Below, one piece after another: positions 1-9,798 of a stretch of DNA of 64,000 nt; the stretch's first letter is position 1; every line of letters starts with the position of its first letter. The DNA lies in the NCBI GenBank assembly GCA_037441845.1, contig JBBIRK010000007.1, forward strand, positions 152,824-216,823. The letters run 5' to 3'. Below the pieces are notes generated by a model. That model worked only from the letters and a program-made list of their open reading frames with translations. It was not told the origin of the DNA and did no database searches. The DNA is from Candidatus Zixiibacteriota bacterium (GTDB lineage: Bacteria; Zixibacteria; MSB-5A5; UBA10806; 4484-95). A program made the position numbers and the translations under genes.

Positions 1-1128
1 AAGAGCGCCAAAGCCACCATCAATATCCCGGCTTGCACAATCGAACTTTTGATAAGAACCGGTTTCGGCGATCTTATCACACGTTTAAGAGCGCTTGCCG
101 AAATCGGGCGGATCGAGCTGACGTTGACTCCAAAATTTCATTTGATCATGCCTATTTACCCCGAGGAGGAAGTCGAAAGGCAGATAACTTTGAACCAAAA
201 GGTGGGAAAGCGCTATTTCGGCTATACTTTTGTTCCACGGGGTTTGTACTCGCCAGAGCTGGCTTACGAAACGCAGGTGGCCAAGACCGCGGTGCGCCAT
301 GGTTGCCGCTGGCTGGCGGTCGATGAGATCGCGATTCATGGCAGCCTGGGTCAGCCGATATTCGACAGGCTCTACATGGATAAATCGGCCGGCGGCCTCA
401 TACTGGTGCCGCGAAATCGACGACTTTCCGAGGCTCTGGCGGGTTCGATTTTCTCCCGTGATGACGTAGGCAGCGCCGATGATTTCGCCAAGCTGGCGCT
501 GGGATCGCAGCCGCGTTACGTTTTCACCGCGGTGGATGTCGAACATTTCGGCCATCATATCAAAGACAGGCATAAGCTGTTGAGTCAATTGTATCAGCAT
601 CCGCAGTTGGTCCCTCTTACGGTATCGGAGCTTCTTTCTCATGTGCGCAAGAAAGATTATTGCCGTCCCCGTGCTTCCGATTGGACCTCGACGCCGGAGG
701 AACTGAAAAGCAGGCAACTGTTTTATACCTGGAATGACCCCCAAAATAAAATTCATCAGACCCTTTGGGAATTATATCGTTTGGCCATGGATGAAATAAA
801 AAACGCGTCGGCCAATGGCGACCTTCAGCATATCCGGGCTCGGGAGGCGTTGAGCGCGGCCGCTCCCTCGTGCGGCTTCTTTTGGGCGTCATGTCGGCCT
901 TGGTGGTATGGCGTCTATCCCGAAAATATGGCCACCAATATCTGTCTGGCGTTGTTTTCCCTCATGGCGCCGTCGCCCAAGGCCAAAGACAAGGCGTTCA
1001 AACTAAGACAGACCGTCTATGACCTGGTAGCCGAATATAACCAAAACGGCACAGCCAGAAAACTACAGATAGAATATCTTAAGTCCAGAGGAATCAATTC
1101 GAGAAAATTTTTCGAACGGACGGGATAA
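1..1128 (+). CDS. Glycoside hydrolase family 57 protein (5'-truncated by window edge)
   Basis: Frame 1 is open from base 1 (KSAKATINIPACTIELL...). GH57-like motifs ELTLTPKFH, ERQI, YSPELAY (nucleophile Glu), AVDVEHFGHH (acid/base region), SCGFFWAS. Confidence 0.75.
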   Translation, partial: KSAKATINIPACTIELLIRTGFGDLITRLRALAEIGRIELTLTPKFHLIMPIYPEEEVERQITLNQKVGKRYFGYTFVPRGLYSPELAYETQVAKTAVRHGCRWLAVDEIAIHGSLGQPIFDRLYMDKSAGGLILVPRNRRLSEALAGSIFSRDDVGSADDFAKLALGSQPRYVFTAVDVEHFGHHIKDRHKLLSQLYQHPQLVPLTVSELLSHVRKKDYCRPRASDWTSTPEELKSRQLFYTWNDPQNKIHQTLWELYRLAMDEIKNASANGDLQHIRAREALSAAAPSCGFFWASCRPWWYGVYPENMATNICLALFSLMAPSPKAKDKAFKLRQTVYDLVAEYNQNGTARKLQIEYLKSRGINSRKFFERTG

Positions 1129-1321
1129 AAAGAAAAAAAGAAAATTCGTAACAATCCCCACTCAGCGGAAAATCGCCGAACGGATCCCCCAAAAAATCCA
1201 AGGAATCCAGATCGTCGTAATCGAAACCCGAATTCGGTTTTTTTGCGTCATGCCTCGATAAATCGACCCGGAAATCCCCCAAGAACAACGCTCGATTTCA
1301 CCACGGCTTTTTACTGCCCGC

Positions 1322-3178
1322 TCATTTTATCAGGGTCAACTTGCCTATACGCTGGATGCCGACTGCGCTCAGTTTATAGTAATAGACGCCGGAGGACATC
1401 GCATCAGCGTTCCAGCTCAATGTCTGACGCCCCGCTTCGTACGATTTCGTGCTCGTGAACGCAAGCCTTCCGAGCGGGTCGAAAATATCGAGGGTCACCA
1501 CCGCCGGCCGGGTCAACTCGAAAGAAACCGTCGTTCGGGAATTGAACGGGTTCGGATACACCGCCCGGACAGACAAATCTTCAGGGACGGCCGACCAATC
1601 TTCCTCGTCAAGTTCGGTTATCACGGGCGCGAACTCCGACGACCATAGTAAGTCTCCCGGGTCGTGGGTGATCGTGTCGGCGTCGGCGTCCGCGGTGGGA
1701 TCGGCGGGGCCGATGGCAACCAGCTGATGGCCCACGAAGCCCGCCAGACGGATTCTTACATCAAGCCAATTCTGTATATTCTCAGCATTGACCGAGCCTC
1801 GCCAATCGATCAGATATAGATTTATACGATTCAGATTATATCGATACCTCATCAACACCAAAGAACCATCGATGGCGGCAAGATAAATGTCGGTGCCGTT
1901 CCAGTGAAATATGCGGGTGAACGGCTCGAACGTCCGCTGCCAGCGATATACGTCGCCGTGGAAAGAGCTGACGGTTACGGAAACGGAATCGCTGTCGTTC
2001 AGCGGCACCTCCGGTTCTATCGCCGCATCCAGCCAGGTGATATCGCTGCGTCGGGGAGACCTCAGGAAAAATTTTAACTTATTCACGTGCACCGACAAAG
2101 TATCTTCGGGCTCCTCCGGGATAACGATTCTCTTGCAGGCCATTCCTCCACCGAAACTGGTGACCCACACATTGCCGTTGTAATCGAAGGCGATGTCCGA
2201 GTAAAATTGACCCCATACGAGGCCGGAATCACCCGGCAGATATGAGCGCCATTGCAACAAATCCGAAAGCACGCTGATCCCGTAATTGGTGCCGATCCAG
2301 AGATCGCCGTTATCGGGCCGGATTTCCATCGAGTAGATATAATCGGCGACCAGAGGCGAATTGGCGCTGGTGTAACGGGTCCAGTTATCTCCGTCTTTTT
2401 CGGTCAGGCCGAATCCGAAACTGCCGAAATATACTTTGCCGTTGAAATTATTCGTTTTGATCAATTGAACTCTATTCGAGGGCAAACCACTGTTGCCGGT
2501 GTTGTAATTCCGCCAGGTGGCGCCGTCATATGCCACCGCACCACCGTCGAGCGTGGCGATCCAGAGGATATTATTTCCAGCGTCATAATCGATCGCCTTG
2601 ATGTAATCGGTGGGAAGATATGTTCCGATGGGAACCTTGAACGTCTGCATCTGCGAATCGGCGTAGCTGAATTCAGTGCGATATTGAGCCTGATATCTGA
2701 TCCACCCCTGAGAATCGAACAAGGTGATGCCGCCGCCATAGGTGGCTATCGCCCGATAAGCGGGGGTCGATATCATACCGGTCACGATAGGACTGATCTC
2801 GATTCCGGCGTCGTTACGCCTCCAGGTGGAATCCGATAATCTGAGAACCGACACTCCTTCGCCGAATGCGAATTGATCCAGGTCCCCCGAGGCGGTGCCC
2901 ACGAATAACGTGTCCCCCACGGATAGTATATGCAAAGGATAATTGATCGGAACGCCGGTCGAATTCCGGTCATGAATGCGCCATTGTCCACCCGTTTTGA
3001 CGACCAAACCGCGCCCCTGCGTGCCCACCATCACTTGATTGTCAGGCTCGATCGTCAGGCTTATCAAATAATCAGTGGGCAGCGGGCTGTTATCAACGGT
3101 GAACGCTTGCCACTGGGAAAACGCATTCGAAACCGCAAATATAAAAGCCAGAAATACGGAAATCCTCGCATGTTTCAT
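1322..3178 (-). CDS. Secreted two-component-regulator-type beta-propeller protein with C-terminal PNPFN (T9SS type A/FlgD-Ig-like) domain
   Basis: Sec signal (MKHARISVFLAFIFAVSNAFS); propeller repeats SPLPTDYL, LPTDYIKAI, SGLPSNRV, SPLVADYI; tail VYPNPFNSRT...IFDPLGRL...SSGVYYYKL...KLTLIK. Confidence 0.75.
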   Translation of the reverse strand: MKHARISVFLAFIFAVSNAFSQWQAFTVDNSPLPTDYLISLTIEPDNQVMVGTQGRGLVVKTGGQWRIHDRNSTGVPINYPLHILSVGDTLFVGTASGDLDQFAFGEGVSVLRLSDSTWRRNDAGIEISPIVTGMISTPAYRAIATYGGGITLFDSQGWIRYQAQYRTEFSYADSQMQTFKVPIGTYLPTDYIKAIDYDAGNNILWIATLDGGAVAYDGATWRNYNTGNSGLPSNRVQLIKTNNFNGKVYFGSFGFGLTEKDGDNWTRYTSANSPLVADYIYSMEIRPDNGDLWIGTNYGISVLSDLLQWRSYLPGDSGLVWGQFYSDIAFDYNGNVWVTSFGGGMACKRIVIPEEPEDTLSVHVNKLKFFLRSPRRSDITWLDAAIEPEVPLNDSDSVSVTVSSFHGDVYRWQRTFEPFTRIFHWNGTDIYLAAIDGSLVLMRYRYNLNRINLYLIDWRGSVNAENIQNWLDVRIRLAGFVGHQLVAIGPADPTADADADTITHDPGDLLWSSEFAPVITELDEEDWSAVPEDLSVRAVYPNPFNSRTTVSFELTRPAVVTLDIFDPLGRLAFTSTKSYEAGRQTLSWNADAMSSGVYYYKLSAVGIQRIGKLTLIK

Positions 3179-3556
3179 CTTGTCTTCACCTTCCGCATTT
3201 CAAAGTTGACGTCATATCCAAAAACTGTTGCAAAATGCACACCTTAAATTCAAGCTTTCTGCATCGCTTTTTTAGAATTCGACAACCGTCTGTTCGTCAA
3301 CACGATATCCGTCGGTCTGGTTTTCGAAAAGTGACTCTTCGCTTTTCTTCCGCCATCTAATCCACTTGACGATGTTCGATTTTTGGCAACCGGTCAAAAA
3401 TTGAACAATCGCCGATTCAAGCAATATAAATTCCAAAAACCGCCAAAGCTATTTTTTTTCCTAATTTAGACCACAAGTCCATGATATAATTAGAATTATA
3501 ATTGGCCTGCCGATTGCGACGCGATCTCAAGTTCAGCGATATAACACAAATGCCGC

Positions 3557-3584
3557 TTGTCATCATTCAAATGGACCGTATAAT
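3557..3584 (+). promoter_or_regulatory. Sigma-70-type promoter for rlmI
   Basis: TTGTCA-N16-TATAAT, about 20 nt upstream of the ATG. Confidence 0.55.
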
Positions 3585-3604
3585 ATGATTCGACGGGTGT
3601 CATT

Positions 3605-4798
3605 ATGACCGAATCGGCTGTCATCAAATTGAAAAAAGGGCGAGATCGCACAGTGCGATTTCACCATCCCTGGATTTTCTCCGGCGCCATCGCTTCAATC
3701 GAGGGGAAAACGCAAGCGGGCGATATAGTTAGGGTGGTTGATTCAAACGGCGATTTCGTCGGGCAAGGTTATTACAATCCACTATCCCAAATTGCGGTGC
3801 GCCTCCTCGAATTCGACGAGACCGCAAAAATCGATGCTGCATGGTGGGATGCCCGGATCGCCGAATCGATCTCTCGGCGGAGAAACATAATTTCCCCGAA
3901 AACCGACTCTTGCCGCCTGATCTTTGGCGAGTCTGATTTCCTACCAGGATTAGTGGTTGACCTATATTGCAGCTTTTTGATAGTGCAGTTTGTCACCGCC
4001 GGAACGGAAAGATTCAAAAAAGAAATCGTCGATTCTTTAACCGCCCGGTTAAAAGTGGAGGGCGTTTTCGAGCGGGCGGATATCCCGGCGCGGAAAAAAG
4101 AGGGATTGCCTCAACAATCCCAACTCCTTTTTGGAAAATCACCGCCTTCCAGAATGATCATAAGAGAAAATGGATTGTCATATGAGGTTGATTTAATCGG
4201 CGGTCAGAAAACGGGCTGGTATTTCGATCAACGCGATAACCGCTTGGCGGTGGCCGACTTGGCAGCCGATAGCCGGGTGCTCGATTGTTTCAGCTACACC
4301 GGCGGCTTCTCGATTACCGCCCTTTCGCATGGGGCGGTGCATAGTACCTTGGTAGAGTCTTCGGGCTCCTTTCTGGACCAGGCCCACTGCAACCTACGGC
4401 TCAACCATTTGCCTGAAAGCTCCGCTGAACTGATCAACGCCGACGCTTTCAATTATTTAAGGAAGCTGCGGGACGAAAACCGCCTTTTCGATCTGGTGAT
4501 ACTCGATCCGCCGAAATTCGCCCCCTCCAAGAGCAATCTCGAAAAAGCAATAAACGGTTACAAGGATATCAATCTGCTCGGGTTGAAACTGGTGAATCCC
4601 GGCGGATATCTAGCCACTTTCTCCTGTTCGGGAGCGGTTGATTGGCGATTATTCCGCACGGCCGTGGGCTGGGCGGCCGCCGATTCGAATCGCAAGGTTC
4701 AGATAATTAAACAGATGCACCAAGCCCCGGATCACCCGGTGCTTTTTTCTTTTCCCCAATCCGAATATCTCAAAGGTTTTCTCTGTCGGGTGGAATAG
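3605..4798 (+). CDS. rlmI: 23S rRNA m5C1962 methyltransferase (RlmI family)
   Basis: PUA domain HPWIFSGAI; GESDFLPGLVVD; GQKTGWYFDQR; VLDCFSYTGGF; DPPKF; TFSCSG; DHP...EYLKG. Confidence 0.9.
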   Translation: MTESAVIKLKKGRDRTVRFHHPWIFSGAIASIEGKTQAGDIVRVVDSNGDFVGQGYYNPLSQIAVRLLEFDETAKIDAAWWDARIAESISRRRNIISPKTDSCRLIFGESDFLPGLVVDLYCSFLIVQFVTAGTERFKKEIVDSLTARLKVEGVFERADIPARKKEGLPQQSQLLFGKSPPSRMIIRENGLSYEVDLIGGQKTGWYFDQRDNRLAVADLAADSRVLDCFSYTGGFSITALSHGAVHSTLVESSGSFLDQAHCNLRLNHLPESSAELINADAFNYLRKLRDENRLFDLVILDPPKFAPSKSNLEKAINGYKDINLLGLKLVNPGGYLATFSCSGAVDWRLFRTAVGWAAADSNRKVQIIKQMHQAPDHPVLFSFPQSEYLKGFLCRVE

Positions 4799-4901
4799 GT
4801 CGGCCGCGTCATTGGAATTTCCGGAATCGTCATATCAGGAACCGCTGGCGTCTCCGGCTGGTTTGCACGATTACATAGCGAATTCAAACCATGAGGGTAT
4901 T

Positions 4902-5273
4902 ATGTCCACGAGACCATTCATTGCGAAATCGAGTCTATGCATTCTGGCGGTTCTCGCCGTCGTTTTTGCGGCCGGATGCGGCAAGAAATCGACGAACTCA
5001 AGCGGCGGAGGAGCCGTCGTCCCACCGAATTCGGTTTTCATCTCCGGTTTCGCCTACAATCCGACATCGAGGACGGTGGCGGTCGGAACGACTGTCACTT
5101 GGCGCAATGACGATGGTGCGCCGCACACCGTGACCTCGGATAGCGGGAACGAGTTGGCGAGCCCGACGTTGAACCGCGGGCAAAGCTATTCACACACATT
5201 CAACAGCGCCGGCGTATTCACTTATCATTGCACTTTTCATCCGTCGATGCATGGATCGGTCACGGTCCAGTAA
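4902..5273 (+). CDS. Type-1 blue copper (amicyanin/plastocyanin-like) lipoprotein
   Basis: SD-like GAGGG before ATG 4902; lipobox FAAGC; copper ligands PHTVT and YHCTFHPSM. Confidence 0.85.
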   Translation: MSTRPFIAKSSLCILAVLAVVFAAGCGKKSTNSSGGGAVVPPNSVFISGFAYNPTSRTVAVGTTVTWRNDDGAPHTVTSDSGNELASPTLNRGQSYSHTFNSAGVFTYHCTFHPSMHGSVTVQ

Positions 5274-5470
5274 TCTTCGCTTTTATGGATCAGCCGGGGC
5301 CGACTGGGCGGTCGACTGATTTATAACAGGCGGGCGCAACTTTTCAAAATGCAACAGCCGGCACCGGCTCAAGTCTATTTTTTTTATCTGCCGGACTTCA
5401 CATCGTTTGCCCATTGCCGAATAATTCCATGGGGATAACTTTCCCATAACGGTTTCGCACCTTTGTAAAG

Positions 5471-7945
5471 GTGTATAAGATGATAGATCATGGACTTCAA
5501 TCTCTGATAAAGCCGCTTTCATCGGACTCGACCCCGCCCAGCGATCGAAACGAATCTCGCGCAAGCTATATGGCTGCATTCGATGAAATAAACGATGCCG
5601 TTTTCGTGCACGATATGAACAGCGGCGCCATTCTGAACGTGAATCGCTGTTTTTGCGCCATGTACGGCTATACCGCGGAAGAGGCTAAAAAAATGACGGT
5701 CGCTCAGTTGACCGCCAATCTCCCTTCCTACAATGATGAAAACGCCCTTAAACTGATTAGAGCGGCCGCGGCCGGCAGTCCTCAACTATTCGAATGGCCG
5801 GCCAAAGATAAAAGCGGCAGGCCATTCTGGGTTGAGGTCAACCTTCGCCGGGCTCATCTCGACGGCGCCGATGTTCTTCTTGCCTTAGTGCGCAACATAG
5901 ATCAGCGCAAGCGTTTGGAATCGGTGCAGAAAGCGCATTTACGGATATTGGAAGCCGCATTGAAATCCGAAGACATGGAAAAGATGTTGAATGTCGTACA
6001 ATCCGCCATTTCTTCTTTAATGGATGCCCCCAACTTTATCGTGGCGCTATACGATCACCGAACCGGCGCAGTATCATTTCCTGTTTTGATGGATTCGGTA
6101 ATTGGGACGGATTTTCAGGCTCACCGATTGATAAAAACCTTGACGGACAAGGTGAAGTGTGCCGGGGTGCCGTTGGCTTTCGATCGTCGGGAATTATATT
6201 TGATGGCCGATACCGGGGAATCCGATTCAGCGCCACCGGTGCCATACAAGTGGTTGGGGATCCCCTTGCGATCCGACGAGGGGGTGTTCGGCGTTGCCGC
6301 AGTTTATGATTACACGGAAAATCAGCCCTATCGCCCGGAGGATTTGCAACTGGCTGAAGCGCTGTCACCCCACATAGTCGCGGCGATTATGTACAGAATG
6401 GCCGAGGATGACTTGCGCGAATCGGAAAGGAAAAACCGGAGTCTTATAGATGCGATACCCGATGGCTTGGTAGTGGTTGATTCTGATCTCAAAATCATTT
6501 ACGCAAATCCCGCCGCTTGTGAAATTGGCGGCTACACGCACGACGAGTTGCTGAAACTGGACCTGCCGCAGATCATCGTCGAAGAAGACCGCGCCTTGTT
6601 TTTCGCTCAGGTAAATGCACGAAAAGGAAAAGCGGTCGGCAAATATGAAATGGCCATTAGGCGTAAAGACGGCAAGGTTCGCAATCTGTTGGTATCGGCC
6701 GCTCCGGTCATCGGTCATGACGGCGATGTGACGGGATCGATGGGGGTTTTCAGGGATATCACCGAGCAGAAAAAGGCGGAAAAGGACAAACAAGAGTTGC
6801 GCGAGCGGTTGGCGCGGGCGCAAAGAATGGAATCGCTCGGGATGCTGGCCAGCGGTGTCGCCCACGACTTGAATAATATTTTAGGACCCCTGACCGCATA
6901 TCCCGATATAATAAGAACCCAGATTTCCGCCGACAGTCCGGCATTGACCCATCTTGACAAGATGGAATCCTCGGCGCAGAAAGCGGCTCAGGCGGTACAA
7001 GATCTACTCACCATGGCCAGGCGCGATCGTTATGAAATGACCACGCTCGATTTTAACTCGATCGTCCGCAACTGGGTTGAATGTCCCGAACTACGGCAGC
7101 TGCAGAAAAAACATCAGGCCGTATCCACCGAAATAAATCTCGCCGATGGCCGGCTGATGGTCAGAGGCTCAATGTTTCACCTTACGAAACTGGTGACGAA
7201 TCTCGTCATAAATGCTTTCGATGCCATGACCACCGGCGGTATCTTGAGAATATCCACCCGCTCGAGCAAAGTCGATAAACTTCTGGGCGGTTTCGACGGT
7301 ATCGAAAAAGGAGAATACGCAATACTGACGGTTTCGGATACCGGAATCGGAATCGAACCAAACGACCTGAAACGAATTTTCGAACCATTCTACAGCAAAA
7401 AGCAATTGGGTCGAAGCGGCAGCGGTCTCGGCCTTTCGATTGTTTACGGCATAGTCAAAGATCATAACGGCTATATCGATGTCGCCAGCTCGGTCAACAG
7501 CGGCACCGAATTCGTAGTTTATTTACCGCTGGTCGAGGATGGTCAGGCCGGCGAGTCGAAACAGATAGATATCCGCGGCTGCGAGAAAATTCTGGTGGTG
7601 GATGATCTCGAGGAGCAAAGAGAACTGGCCTCGATAATCCTGGGTTCGCTCGGATACAATGTCAGTGTAGCCTCCAGCGGCGAAGAGTCGATCGAGCTTT
7701 TGCGTGCCGGCGATTTCGACGTCGTCGTGCTCGACATGATAATGGAAGGTGGCATGGACGGACTCGATACTTATTTGGAAATCCTGAAAATCAAACCGGA
7801 CACGAAGGTCATTATAGCAAGCGGCTATTCGGAATCGGAAAGGGTGATCGAGGCGGAGAAAAGAGGCGTGCGCGCCTATTTGAAAAAACCCTACACCATG
7901 CAGCAGCTCGGCAAAACCATACGCAACGTCATTGCGATGGCTTGA
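5471..7945 (+). CDS. Hybrid sensor histidine kinase (PAS-GAF-PAS-HisKA-HATPase-REC)
   Basis: H-box GVAHDLNNIL; N-box NLVINAFDAM; DTGIGI; FEPFYSKK; GSGLGL; receiver VVDD...VLDMIM...KP. Start codon uncertain. Confidence 0.9.
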   Translation: MYKMIDHGLQSLIKPLSSDSTPPSDRNESRASYMAAFDEINDAVFVHDMNSGAILNVNRCFCAMYGYTAEEAKKMTVAQLTANLPSYNDENALKLIRAAAAGSPQLFEWPAKDKSGRPFWVEVNLRRAHLDGADVLLALVRNIDQRKRLESVQKAHLRILEAALKSEDMEKMLNVVQSAISSLMDAPNFIVALYDHRTGAVSFPVLMDSVIGTDFQAHRLIKTLTDKVKCAGVPLAFDRRELYLMADTGESDSAPPVPYKWLGIPLRSDEGVFGVAAVYDYTENQPYRPEDLQLAEALSPHIVAAIMYRMAEDDLRESERKNRSLIDAIPDGLVVVDSDLKIIYANPAACEIGGYTHDELLKLDLPQIIVEEDRALFFAQVNARKGKAVGKYEMAIRRKDGKVRNLLVSAAPVIGHDGDVTGSMGVFRDITEQKKAEKDKQELRERLARAQRMESLGMLASGVAHDLNNILGPLTAYPDIIRTQISADSPALTHLDKMESSAQKAAQAVQDLLTMARRDRYEMTTLDFNSIVRNWVECPELRQLQKKHQAVSTEINLADGRLMVRGSMFHLTKLVTNLVINAFDAMTTGGILRISTRSSKVDKLLGGFDGIEKGEYAILTVSDTGIGIEPNDLKRIFEPFYSKKQLGRSGSGLGLSIVYGIVKDHNGYIDVASSVNSGTEFVVYLPLVEDGQAGESKQIDIRGCEKILVVDDLEEQRELASIILGSLGYNVSVASSGEESIELLRAGDFDVVVLDMIMEGGMDGLDTYLEILKIKPDTKVIIASGYSESERVIEAEKRGVRAYLKKPYTMQQLGKTIRNVIAMA

Positions 7946-8016
7946 GATAAAGAATCCGCAGTATCGACATGTTTATATTGTTTGCTTTCATTTGGCGACA
8001 GATCGGATAGGATTGG

Positions 8017-8622
8017 TTACTCGGTGGAGGCGGCCCGACTATATTTCCCCATAATGACAGCCTCGGCCAATACATGGCCTCTCATAGCCGCTTCGATATC
8101 GCTTTTAAGCGCTCCGGTTTTCAAAGCCAGAGAAGTGCTTAGCGCATAGAGTCTGAAATAATATCGATGGAACGGTCCCGCCGGCGGACAAGGCCCGCCA
8201 TAGCCTAACTGCCTGAAATCGTTTATCCCCTCGACGATTTTCCCCGGCTTGGTCTCTTTGATATTGTTACGAGGCATCGAGAAATCCTCCGGCAACGACC
8301 TGACATTCGCCGGAATATTGAAAAGCACCCAATGAACCCAGGTCCCGAGAGGAGCGTCGGGATCTTCGCATATCAACACTAATGAACGGGTTTCGGCCGG
8401 CGGTTTTTCCCACTTCAAAGGGGGCGACACATCGTCGCCGTCACAAGTGTATTTCCTGGGAATCGTGTCGCCGTCGGCAAAGGCCGGACTTTTCAGAGAG
8501 AACGACTCTTTTCTGGCCGCCTCACGGTCTGTAGACGATTTGGCCTCGTCGCCGCCGCAACTCAAAGAAAACATCATAAGGGCAATCAATAATGCCGACA
8601 GCTTCAAACAATTAAATCGCAC
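8017..8622 (-). CDS. YbhB/YbcL (PEBP, Raf kinase inhibitor-like) lipoprotein
   Basis: YTCDGDDVSPPL, EDPDAP, WVHWV, GYGGPCPP, HRYYFRLYAL; GTG start at 8622 after GGAGG; lipobox LSC. Confidence 0.88.
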   Translation of the reverse strand: MRFNCLKLSALLIALMMFSLSCGGDEAKSSTDREAARKESFSLKSPAFADGDTIPRKYTCDGDDVSPPLKWEKPPAETRSLVLICEDPDAPLGTWVHWVLFNIPANVRSLPEDFSMPRNNIKETKPGKIVEGINDFRQLGYGGPCPPAGPFHRYYFRLYALSTSLALKTGALKSDIEAAMRGHVLAEAVIMGKYSRAASTE

Positions 8623-8708
8623 TTCTTCGCCTCCGCGGAAATATAATTTAATTAATGATAACCGAGGATCAAGCAATAATAAAATACGGCGTAAAAGAAC
8701 TTTTGCCA

Positions 8709-9614
8709 TTATGGGGCGACCGGCCCGGGAACGGAAACGGTGTAAACCGCCAGAGCGCTTTTGCCCGCCAAAAAAGCCAGGCGACTGTGGGCAGGAGAAG
8801 GTATCAATCTAACGGCGGCAAACCGCGCATTCAAACTCGACAGTTCCTTGCCGTCGAGATCATAAACGGAAACGGTTCCAGTGGTGTCGGCCATGATGAA
8901 AACCGAAATCGAGCGCAAGAAACCGAGTCCCGCAACCGGAGATTCGACGCGAGCGATAGTTTTCGATCCGGAGCCGCCCGAGGGGATTTTTCTCAACCGG
9001 CCATCGGCGCATAAGGTCAAAACGCAACGCATATCCGATTCGTCGTTTTCGGGGAATACCGCACCCAGAACCTCATCCGGGTGTATATACACCTTTTTTC
9101 TTTGCTCGGTGATATCGTAAAGATAAAGATTTTTGTCGGCGCAGGATGCCATCAGGAATCCGTTGTCGCTCGACCAGCTCAACGACCGAATGTTTTTTTT
9201 GGGGCTATGGAGAGTTGCTATATAATTGCCCTCGATATCGAATAATACGATCAATCCTTCCTGTTCGGCGGTCGCTATTATGGGGACCTGGGGCGAAAAT
9301 GCCACTAATTCCGGAGGAGAATCGAAACGATCGAAAACCGATTCCAGCCCTCCGGTCGGCCGCCATATCCGGACGGTCCCATCGGCGGAAGAAGAAGCCA
9401 GAAATCTGCCATCGGAACTAAAATCGATGGCGCGGATCGGTCCAACGTGCCCTTTAAGCTCAAGGAAGACCTTTCCCGTTAAATCGCAAAGGCTGACCAC
9501 CGATGGTTGCGAGGCCTTGGCCATGGCCATGAATTGGCAATCCGGGCTGACGCCTATCTGAAGGCAATCGGCGGAAAAATCTTCGATGTATCGATTCAAC
9601 TCGAGCGCCGGCAT
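8709..9614 (-). CDS. WD40-repeat protein
   Basis: LKGHVGPIRAIDFSSDGRFLASSSADGTVRIW and further degenerate WD blades (SLSWSSDNGFLMASCADKNLYLYD). Confidence 0.8.
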   Translation of the reverse strand: MPALELNRYIEDFSADCLQIGVSPDCQFMAMAKASQPSVVSLCDLTGKVFLELKGHVGPIRAIDFSSDGRFLASSSADGTVRIWRPTGGLESVFDRFDSPPELVAFSPQVPIIATAEQEGLIVLFDIEGNYIATLHSPKKNIRSLSWSSDNGFLMASCADKNLYLYDITEQRKKVYIHPDEVLGAVFPENDESDMRCVLTLCADGRLRKIPSGGSGSKTIARVESPVAGLGFLRSISVFIMADTTGTVSVYDLDGKELSSLNARFAAVRLIPSPAHSRLAFLAGKSALAVYTVSVPGPVAP

Positions 9615-9798
9615 AAGTTGCTCTTTCCATTAGCCTTTCGGCAGTTTTATGGGGCACTTTACAGCCCTTTGCAAGGTTGTTTAACATTCGCCGCCTTATG
9701 GAATCGGTGGAAAATTCACAAAAAGAGTCGAATAATGCTGTTGCGACCGATTCGAGGTTCGATTATATAGAAAGAATCAAAACAGGGATGCAGTTTTT

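Noticed and set aside
1094..1288. Acidic 64-aa ORF and short ATCCCC(C)A repeats between convergent genes
   Set aside because: No SD, it overlaps the GH57 end, and the repeats are short and irregular.
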